Positions 47,440 to 62,354 of a DNA stretch of 64,000 nt are shown in pieces (position 1 is the first letter of the stretch; each line of letters begins with the position of its first letter). The notes under the pieces are model-generated. The model saw only the letters and a list, made by a program, of their open reading frames with translations, was not told where the DNA came from and did no database searches. The stretch lies in NCBI GenBank assembly GCA_963693365.1, contig CAVNZM010000014.1, positions 4,092,001 through 4,156,000 on the forward strand, given 5' to 3'. Origin of the DNA: Amoebidium appalachense. Its lineage: Eukaryota; Protista; Ichthyosporea. A program made the position numbers and the translations under genes.

Positions 47440-48857
47440 GGGGGGGGGGGGTTGAAGGAGGTATATTGCAGCCACGCACCCCTGATGTGTCGATCTTGTT
47501 AACTCCTGGTAGTTCTTGGCCCAGCTGGTCGAACTGCTCCTAGGCACGGCCACCTAAAATCCTGAAGTTTTGTCTATATGTATGGCCTGGGGGCAGCAAG
47601 CACGTAATTTGCGTATAAAAATCTGTTTTGAAAACTGAAGAAGCTCATTATGATAATGACTATGTATCGAACAGGACACGACCTAAGCTCGGCCCTTTGC
47701 CAACTGATAAAGACAGTTGAAAGAGGCATTTGTACGACTCCACTTTTTCATGAAATACAGTTGAACAACGTGCACTTGCACATGTACACGTGTACATGTC
47801 ATGGATTAAGCTAATGAGAGGATGGCCATGGGCGACACCGTGCCCTGTGGTGGGCCTGGGAGGTGACAGTGTGTGACGATAGACAAAGTCTGTGTGTGGG
47901 ACAGTGTGTGTGTTGGTTGCGTGTTTTGCTGATGGTCGAGTGTGTATTCGTGAGGGTGAGGTGGGTGGGTGATGGATCTGAGGCTGTTGGCGCTTTCTGT
48001 TTAGATGTGTGCGTATATTTCTGTGGGTGTGTGGGTGCCGTTTTTTTTTTATTTTTGTTTTTTTCTTTCTTTTTTTTTCCGGAGAGAAGGGGTAAGCAGA
48101 TGTGCTCAACAGCCTCTTACACAAGTGGCCCATATGCATGGACGTCTAGAAGAGCCACCACTACCATCGAACATGCACACACCGTCGGACTCCAACGCTA
48201 CGTTGCACACAGACAACCATATGGCAAGCAAATCTTCACTCATGAGCAAATATTCAATCATGAGCATCCGCACAGATAACCTCGATCCTCCAACGCACAC
48301 AGATGCCCCACGTGGCGTACCCCCTTGCCTGTCCAAAACAGCTGCTGTGTTGATATTTAGCCTCGTCTCACCTGGAGACTGGCAGGTCTTGACAAGAGGA
48401 GGGAGGTCTGAATTCAAACCCCAGCATATACAATAGTGTGTGTTCTGAGCCCCCCCCATACTAATATTTCTGCAGTGCATGGCTGTGATTGCCATCACAT
48501 AAACCCTGCACCCGTATGTATATAACGAGTAGACTGCATACCAATAAAGTGCACTGTGATGCACGTAGGCCCAACATACGTCAGCAACATATGGGTGCCA
48601 AGTAAATATTGACCCATATCTGCACCTAAACAGCACATGTATGGTGCCAACTTGAAGCAGATAAGATCCCACACATCTATATATATGGGTACATGGGTGC
48701 AGAGCACAAGTCACATATGCATACAGTTGCATGGGTTGTGGGGTGCTTCCCCCACATACCCACACGGTGCCTGGTGGTGCTATGGCCATCATACGACACC
48801 AACCCACCGCCATGGCCCCATACTCGCGTATCTCTAACCGTAATACTAACATGGCCT

Positions 48858-53373
<4,516 letters not shown>

Positions 53374-53504
53374 GGCTGCGCTGTGGGTGCCGAGCATGTT
53401 CCCTCGGCTACTCTCTGGCTGTGACAGCAGGGGGTTGGGTTGTCTGCGAGGCGCAAACACTCGAGAGAGAAGTTGACAGCGGTGGCGCTGCCGGGGGGAC
53501 CTGT

Positions 53505-53630
53505 GTTTTCTGATTGGACCAAAAGCGCGCCAAAAAGCGATGATGTCACGGTGACGTCAACGAATCGCACAAACAGCGCGTAGCATGCTGGCCGCCCAAT
53601 CACGTGGCGCTTCAAAACGTACCAATCCAA
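53505..53630. promoter_or_regulatory. Promoter between divergent NSE4 and DCX-bHLH-PAS genes: CCAAT boxes, E2F-like site, CRE, E-box
   Basis: ATTGG about 53513, GCGCGCCAAAA about 53525 (reverse TTTTGGCGCGC), TGACGTCA 53552-53559, CCAAT-CACGTG 53596-53606, CCAAT about 53622; CpG-rich compared with the introns. Confidence 0.55.
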
Positions 53631-54227
53631 ACGCGAGTTACGCCGGGGCCCTGGCAGCTCAGAAATGCAGTTGCACTTATAAATACTGCAGTCACAAATG
53701 CTGAAACTATACTGCTGTTTTATATGTGTGCATGTTTGCAAATTATTGGCTCAACAGTACAAACTTACGGCTTCAGTGAACGAGTGTAAAAAGGCCAGAA
53801 GTGTCTGCTGTGGGGACGGCATGTGGATTTGGCCCATTCTATCGGGACACTAACCAAGGCCTTTGATTGCATATTATAACAGTGCGTATTTTAAATGATG
53901 CATTACAGTGATTTAGACTGTTAAAGAGTTAAAATCATGTGCACTAGTATCGTTATGACAACTTTCCTTTATTGTCCACGGACTGAAGGCCGAGCGCCTG
54001 GCTCATGCGTGCCGCGTTCATGTTCCCGATTACAGCTCACACACCTGATAGTAGACCCTTACAAAGTGAACGGTTTTGTGGTTTGTATTAGCGTACATAC
54101 ATACTTGTAGCTGCTTTGTACATCAGTAGAGCACGATAAGCTAGCTTGCACGCAGCCTTTGCACACCACCAGACACTTCTGTACACTTCTGTCATTGCTA
54201 GCACGGTTCATATATTTCCACGCTAAC

Positions 54228-57200
54228 ATGGCGGCCTTTTGGGTTACACTGTACAAGAACGACGGCCGGCTGGAGTCCACCGACGCTCAGCCCTTTAGTA
54301 TCGATTCTTTCTGGAACATAGACCGTGTGCGCTACGAGGCCCACAAGGTATGCAAGCACGCGCTGCTGTGTCCGTGCCTTTCTCCCTATTTTTCTGTGTG
54401 CATGTGTGTCTGCATTTGTGAACACGTGTGTGGTTGCATGGTGGAGGTTTTTTGTGTGCTTGTGCATCTGTTCGTGCGTGGTGTCTGCGTGCCTGCTTGT
54501 GCACCTGTTCGTGCGTGGCGTCTGCGTGCCTGCGTGTCCGTGTGCCCGCTCATCTTGGGTGCCTGTGCGCGTTTTAAGCTTCTTTTGTTCAGGCCGTTTT
54601 TTTTTTTTCCCGCAGTGCGTGTATGTGTGTGTGTGCCTGCATGTGTTAACGTGTGTGTGTGTGGCCAAGTGTGTTTTGTACCGAGTGCTTACGAGGGACA
54701 TATTTTTCTGTTCTGTGTTTTTGTTTCCAGACCAGTGCCCATGTTTTGTGCCCGTGTGAGAGGAGCAGGTGTGTGCGCCCTTGTTTTTTCTTTTGTGTGT
54801 GATTGTGGCCTGGGGGTGCTGACCTAACGGCGTTGTGTGCGCACGTATCTGCGTACCTGTGTGGGTACGTTTTTGTGTACCGAGACTCGTTCCGGCACTT
54901 ATTTTTTGGCTGGCGCTGTGTGTGCAGGCCCTTTACAGCACCACCAACCGCTTCTGCCGGCTGTTCACTGAGTTTGGGGTGGAGGTGGCCAACGCAGACG
55001 ACATAGCGCCCATGCAGAGTCTCGTGGTGTCCCAGGGGGAGGACTTTGTGCCCCTGCAGCACCTGGCCTTTGTACGTGCCCCCGGAGGGGGGGGGGGGGG
55101 GGGGGGAGGGTGCTGACTGTGTATGTGTGTGCAGAACTGGGAGCTAGGCACCAACGCCATGGCCGAGTCCCTGCTGGAGGGCATCTACAGCGACCCCACC
55201 GCAGAGGTGATGCCCATGGACGGCATACTGCAGCAGGCCGACAATGACCTTATGCGCCACTTTGGCCGGGGGCTGGGCGACTGGTTGCAGGACACCATGA
55301 ACACATGCGAGGTGGCCCCCGTCAACCCGCAGCTGCAGGCCATCTTTACCACCATGCACCTTCCCAGCATCCATCTGCCACCCCCCGTTCACCCCATCCT
55401 GCCCCACCAGCCCCCCGTCATGTCCCCCGCGCAACACCCCTCACCCGTATCCGTCAGCACCCCAGCCAACGTGCCAGCCACGCCACCAGAGACCCCAGCC
55501 AGCAGTGTGGGCAGTGCAAGGGGGGATTCCTCACCAGAGCCACGGTCCCGAGGCCCATCAGTTGTAGACCTCAAGGGCATGCCCAGCCTGGCACCAAACC
55601 CAGGGCTGCCGGTCATGCAGCCCACACATATGCCCCCACAGCACTACGGCTACCAGGCATTCATGCCCCCCCCAAGTGTAGCACCCTCAGTAGCTGAAAG
55701 CTGGGACTCACGGTCCTTGGCGGGGGATAAGTCACAGCTGGCTGAGAAGGCTGAGAGCCACAAGGCCAGCGAGCAGCGTAGCAGAGACAAGTATGTGGGT
55801 GGGTGGCGGGGGGGGGGGGGGGGGGAGGGGGGGGGGGGGGGAAATAAAGGGAGGGGTGTTGCTGTGCGCACGGTGGGGTGCTGAGACTGTAGGGTGTGCA
55901 GGCTCAAGACGTCGATACGGGAGCTAGTGATGACGGTGCCGTCGCTGGCCACGATGAAGAAACCGAGCAAGGCGGTGGTGATCAAGAAGGCCACAGAGTA
56001 CGTCAACCACCAGAAGAGGGTGGCCCAGGGCCTGAAGGCAGAGAACGACATGTACAAGCAAGAGCTGGCTAAGATGCACATGTGCGTGTGGGTGTGGGTG
56101 TGGGTGGGTGGGTGGGTGTGTTTGTGCCTGGTGCGTGTGCATGTGTGTGCGTGTGCGCTGCATGTGTGGTGCGCTTTTTTTGGGTGCGTGTGGGCTCATG
56201 TGTGTTGTGTGTGTGTGTGTGTGCGCGCGCGCGTGCGTGCGTGTGTGTGCATGCGCGCGAGCGTGGTCGTGTTTGCGTGGGTGTGTGCGCGCACCTGCAT
56301 GTGTTTGTGTGTGCATGTGTGTTCCTGCGCGCAAGTAGGTGTATATGTGCGCGCATGTGCGTACACGTATGTGCGTGCGCGTGTGCTTACGGTTGCCTGT
56401 GTGCGTACGTGCATATGTGGTGTGTGTGTGTGTGCGCGCGCGCGGTGCGCGTGTGCAGGTGTTCATGTTTGCGCTTGCGAGCGTGAACGTGTGTGTGCCC
56501 GTATGTGCAATTGCATGCGGGTATGTGTGTGGTGTGTTCGTGTATACGTGTGTGTGGATAAAAAATACGTGCACGATGATGTGTGCGTGAGCAGGTGTGT
56601 TTGTGTACTTGCATGCATGTGCTTGGGGTTGTGAGTTTGTGTTTGTGTGCACACGTGAGAGTGCGAGTGTGTGGTTTTGTGCTTGTTTGTTTGTGTGTCC
56701 TGCCTGTGTCTTCTGGTGTAAAGGTTTTAACGTGATGCTTACGTCATGTCTGATCACAGGGAGCGATCACGCCTGCAGCATGAACTCAAGCTAGGCAGCA
56801 TCGTGACTGTTGAGATGGTGACTGCCGACCTGCGCTACATCTTTGTGGACCACAACTGGGAGATCATGTACGGCTATGCACGCCACGAGGTCGTGGGCAA
56901 GCTGATCCTCGACGTCTTGGGCTGCCCAAAGTGCCGTACGTGCCCATGCCTGAAAGAGGGGGGTTGATAATGTTAGTGGGGGTGCTGATCTGTAGCATGT
57001 GTTTACAGCGCTGCAGTACAACCGCTGCAAGCAGGTGCACGAGGCCTTGGACCGCAAGCAAGCCTGGCACGGGCTGGTTGTTGTGCGGCGCAAGGACGGG
57101 CAAAGCATGGCCTGCGAAGCCACGGTCAGCCCCGTACTGGACAGCGAGGGGGCAGTAATGCAGTTCATGACGGTGAGGAAGAACTTCCATCTGATTAGCA

Positions 57201-57803
57201 AGGACCAGGGTTCACAGCTGCTGCAGAGTTTGGTCGAAGGAACAGCTTCAAATGTACGTGCATTTGTGGCTGTGTGTGCGTTCCTTTGTGTGTGCCTGTG
57301 CATGTGCATGTTGCACGTGAGCTCTGTGTGGGAGTGTGGGTGCTCCCAGATGTGTTGCGTGTGTGTGTAAGCCTGGATGGAAAGCATGTCCGTGTGTGCA
57401 TGTGTGCAGCTTGGTAAGACATGGGTGGCTGCCTGTCCGTGCTGTTGTGTGTGGCCTCCTGTGTGCTTGCCTGCCTATGCTGTGTGCAGATCTTGGTGTG
57501 TCTGAGCTTGCACGTGCCTGGTGATGTATGTGTGTCAGTACGTGCACGTGCCTGCCTGTAAGGACTGGGCCAGGATTTGTGTGTGTGTGGATGTGTATTT
57601 GCCCGCTTGGCTCTCTGCTGCCATACATGGTGTGTTGTGCCTTGTGCTGACACCCCTTTTAGGAGCTCGACCGTGCTGTGGAGGACACCAGGCAGGTGAT
57701 GGCACAGGCGCTGAGCATGCACCAAGCCACCGACCAGCCAATGAACAAGGCCCCGGCCATCGTCCCCACCCAGCTGCAACCTGCCCTGGCATCCACCCAG
57801 TAG
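54228..57803 (+). CDS. Transcription factor with N-terminal doublecortin/ubiquitin-like domain, Pro-rich region, bHLH-leucine zipper and C-terminal PAS/PAC domain (7 exons, about 553 aa)
   Basis: Exons 54228-54347, 54928-55071, 55135-55790, 55902-56081, 56760-56935, 57009-57253, 57663-57803 splice in frame. [30 protein letters not shown] (DCX-like); [40 protein letters not shown] plus heptads (bHLH-ZIP); [52 protein letters not shown] (PAS-PAC). Confidence 0.85.
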
Positions 57804-59510
57804 CATAATTACACCCCACAACACGGCTGCATGGCCTGGCTGCCGTGTAAAACCCCTTCTGTGTGTGTAATTTGGCCCTGGGGCTGGGCGCTGGTGGTCT
57901 GTCTGTGAGGGCCAATGTGGCAAGAGGAGAGCAGGGACCAATCCGAAGGCACCGCTATGCAGGAAGGCACAGGCACCGTGCGCTATTTTTAGATGGCACC
58001 GTGCTAGAGGCATCTTTGCCGGTTGAATATTTGGGATGATACCGGGCAGGGGGCATTTCTGTAGCCTGCTAGAAAATATGAAGGCTGAATGTGATCACAT
58101 TAAGGGGTATGTTGTGTTACCTAAAAAAGCAAATATATGAAACAGAGCATGGGCTCTACTTCAGGTTGAAAATGTTACCAAATATGGCTCGCTTGGTACC
58201 GAAGAAAGTGTGCTTTCATAGGCTGAAGATGATACCGAGCAAGTTGTGTTTTGAATAGGATACCGAACAGGGGATTCCTTTGTAGGCCGAAAGAGGCATG
58301 TTTGGCGTGGTGCTACCGATCGAGCCTATGTTGTGCACACAGCAAATAAAGCCCGCCATGACACACAGAGCTAATTAGACCAACACGTGTTTCGATCCCA
58401 TCTGTGTGGTGCTGCATATGTATGTGTACTACTATGCATCCCTTGCGCGTGACTTCAGATTCAGCACACAAACCAAAATGATACCACTCAGTGCATCTTT
58501 GGTGCATACGGTCACCGCTCGCCTATACCCTGCGCACGGTTCTCCTTATCCCTCCCCCCTCCCCCCTCCCCCCCCTTCCCCCCCTCCCCCCCCCCCTTCG
58601 GGCCCTGGCTCCCTTGGTCACCGGGGAACCCGTATATCGCAATGGTCCATGTTGAAGTCTAATGGAAATGGTATCCGTGCATCCCCCGACGTCGACCCGT
58701 CCCTTCTTTTAATGGGTGAGTCTGTCCCCAGGCCTAGGACTGATCTTGTCATAATGCGTGTGTGCGTGCACGTGTGCGTGTGTGTTTGGGGAGAGAGAGG
58801 GGGGCGGGGGGAGGGGGAGGGGGCAGGGGGGGGGACGTTTGAGGGCCAGTTGGTGTAAGTGGTAGACTTACGTGTGCTCGGCTACGATGCGGTGGTGCTT
58901 GTGACTGCATCCCAGCTGTGCTGTATACATGTTACATGTGTGGGTGCCACTGGGTGGCTGTGCCGTACATCTGTATGAAGTTGTTTTGTCATGCTTTCGC
59001 TTTTCCCACTGACATGGGGGTGGGGGTGGGGGTGGGGGTGGGGGGGGGGGGGGGGGGGCAAAATTTGGGTTATGTGGGTGAAGGGGGGAAAGGGGGGAGG
59101 GAATGTTTGTAGCTCTGTGTGAGAGAGTGCTGTGTGATTCTGTATGTGTGTGTTCGGGGGGAGGGGGGGGGCCAAGATTTATCCCGACAATTCAGTGGCC
59201 CGTTGCTACGAGGTTTGCAGTTAATCGGCAGCACTGGGCCGGAGTGTTGTTGGCTGACGATCATATGTGCGCAGACAGACGCCGTATCTCGTATGTGTAA
59301 GGCCAAGTCATTATCGATGTCGTGCCCACAGTGATCATGATTAGCATACAACCGGTGCAGCCATGTAGATATCACGACTATCTTGCATCGTGCAGACATC
59401 AAGTACATGCCCGACAACGACTATCTCGCTAGACTAAGTGCTGACATTACTTGCCCCACCGACTATCTCGGCACATATGGGCAGATAATATCATAATTTG
59501 AGCCCCTTTA

Positions 59511-59738
59511 ATGCCCCACATGACAATCTCGTTTAGCGAGATAACATGCATTATGCCCCACATGACTACCTGATTTAGCGAGATAACATGTATTATGCCC
59601 CACGTGACTATCTCATTTAGCGAGATAAAATGTATTATGCCCCACATGACTATCTCATTTAGCGAGATAACATGTATTATGCCCCACATGACTATCTCAT
59701 TTAGAGAGATAACATGTATTATGCCCCACCTGACTATC
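59511..59738. repeat. 42-bp tandem array (ATGCCCCACATGACTATCTCATTTAGCGAGATAACATGTATT), about 5.5 copies, each with an internal inverted repeat
   Basis: Units start at 59511, 59553, 59595, 59637, 59679, 59721; TATCTC...GAGATA palindrome in the unit consensus. Confidence 0.9.
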
Positions 59739-60689
59739 ATGTCGCTTTTTTTTTTATTTCGTAGCTTTGGCTTTTTCAGTTCTATTGGTGGTTATCTAGC
59801 CTGTGGCTGCACGCTGCCTTCATCAACGGATCAATAAAACCGAGTCAAAAGAAGAAAGAAAAAGACTATCATACAGACACCGTCTGCCATTAAGATTCAC
59901 TGCCATGAAGATTTCTCCCCCCCAGGCAAAATCAGATTCAATCCCCCCGGGCCAGATTTCGGCCGGGATGATGTCATTCAGTCCATACGGCACAATATCT
60001 CATTTACATATCAAGACAACGTGTATAATGCTCCACATCACGGATCATCTTGCATACATCCAATCATTCCGTTATGTATTGTTTTATCTAGGCCAACTGT
60101 ATATTTGTCCCTCGAGCACACATATGCATGGTGCCGCATGACTATCTCCCATGTGCAGTGCCGAAATCATATCATGATGACTCACCTCTCAGGCCGTTTG
60201 GCACATATATATATATATGTGCCGTCATGTGTGTGTAATGGGTGCCCCCCAGGTGACTATCTAGCTAGAATAGCATATGTAGGGCCTGTAGATAAAATGG
60301 GTGCCCCTCATATAATTTTCCATATATATCTCACTTACATGGTGCAGCTGCAGGTACTTTGAACCCGTGTCGTACAGGACTATGCATTTCTGAATGCATA
60401 CGTGCATAGCAATTTAGTTTAGTTGGATCCACTCCTCTCATGGCAGTACGTGTATATTACTATAATAGCGCTGTATACTAGCTATAGTACTAGTGAATCA
60501 TGATCTGGAGTCACTAACGTGCCTGGGCCGTTTTTTATATCATGCATCATGATTGCCGAAGAAGCACTTTTGGCGATATGCTGGTGGCTCAGGGTACCGG
60601 TGGCATTGGGTGGTCACTGGCCCATGTGGTGGTGGCCCTAGGGGGTAGTGGTGGGGGCACTGTGGGTGCCAGTGGCGGGGAGGAGGGGA

Positions 60690-60721
<32 letters not shown>

Positions 60722-62018
60722 TAGCGCTACGCATACGTACACACAGGTCGACATTCAAAGGTGACTGTGAACATACAGACTGAGTCCGTCCGACAAGCAC
60801 GAGTTCGTCCGTGCACATGTCCAAGATTTTCGTCATGATACGAGGTCCCACACGCCCATCTCGCTTACACCGTGCCAACAGCTGACGCAATACGTGCCGC
60901 ATTTGACTATCTCGCATACACTGATAATGTGCCAGTAGATATTTAATACATATCCCATGACCATGCCTATCTCACGGGTGCATGCAATGCATATATGTGG
61001 TGCCTACATGTAATTCATTTGTCATACATCAGTACCGCCATTTGGCCACAGCAGCTGTCAGAGAGATGCTATGATACGATAACATCTGACTCCAAGACTG
61101 GATTTCTTGCAGGCGCATTTGGTGTGGCCATTCCCCCCCACAACACAACACCATATAGGGACATATAAAGTATAATCCAATCATTGCGGTCTGGCAACAT
61201 AGGTGGCGCACCTAACTGACACCACTACACTACAATAAGGGGCGCGGCACATGGTCGACGTGACGTCATCAAAGATGACGTCACCTCGACCATTATCCGC
61301 ACCCCTTAGGATATGGGATATGTGAATATGAGATATGTGATATCTGTGTACACTTATCGCGATATGGGATATGTGATATGGGTGGATATATGTACATGAG
61401 CACGTGCACACACTGTGTGTGTGTAAAACACGTGCAGAGCACGTGGTTTTAATTAAAGAATTAAACAATTAAAGAGAGAGAGGGCGGAACACGTGTACGC
61501 GTACGTGTACGCGTACATGTGGTGCGTACATGTACACAAGTGCGGATCAAAGGAATGCGAAGGTTTGCGCAAGGCGTCCAATGGGAATTCGAATTCTGAA
61601 TTCCATGTACAAGGCGTCCAATGGTATTACGGATGCGCAGGGCGGCCAATGATAATTCGGCTCAAAAAAGCAAATTGCCGCACAAGGCGTCCAATGAGCA
61701 TTAAGGACAGCACATTCCATCCCCAAAGCGTCCAATGAGCGCCCGGATCGGTCTATCTGGGTCTCTTATTGGACGCCTTAGGTACACAGGCGGCCGCCGC
61801 GACCACACACACACACACAAACAAACACGTACCGACGTTGTTTTTTGCAAGATGTTTGCTTTGGAGATTTATTGCACAGGCACAGGCTTGTTATTTTGCA
61901 TACTGTTCTTTATTGAGGCGTTGCCCTGGCACAGCCAGGATTAGCCTAGTAATTATTAAGTAGATTGATACTTGAGATTTATAAGATTACAGCCTGAGAT
62001 CTAAGGTTACATTTCAAG

Positions 62019-62324
62019 ATGTTCAGAGAGAGCCAGGAAGAGTTTGAAGATGACCTGTTGCGGGCACTGGATGCCGACCCGCAACAGGTCCTGCAAGCCC
62101 ACCCGTTTCTGCAGGCCATGTTGGCCCCACCACCCCCACCCCCACCCCTCCCCGGCCTCCCCCCGGCCCCCACCCCCATCAACCACCCCGATGACCCCCA
62201 GATCATGGCCATGCCCGCCGAGGGCAACTGGCGGCTGCGTTCCCGTGTCGATGACATGCAGGCACGGGGACTGGGTGTGCGTGGTCACACCCTCGAGTAC
62301 CAACGCGGCGTTCATACTTGCTAG
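62019..62324 (+). CDS. Small intronless hypothetical protein (101 aa, acidic N-terminus, Pro-rich centre), probably viral
   Basis: ATG after an AT-rich leader, GC3-rich codons, converges on the capsid gene with a 30-bp gap; no recognisable family. Confidence 0.55.
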   Translation: MFRESQEEFEDDLLRALDADPQQVLQAHPFLQAMLAPPPPPPPLPGLPPAPTPINHPDDPQIMAMPAEGNWRLRSRVDDMQARGLGVRGHTLEYQRGVHTC

Positions 62325-62354
62325 GTGGTCCACACAATTTGCACCTTTGAGTTA

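Noticed and set aside
56790-57200. LOV photoreceptor (aureochrome-like) call for the PAS domain
   Set aside because: Lacks the GXNCRFLQ motif.
59511-59738. CRISPR-like array (palindromic repeats)
   Set aside because: Units are head-to-tail with no unique spacers, no cas genes, eukaryotic context.
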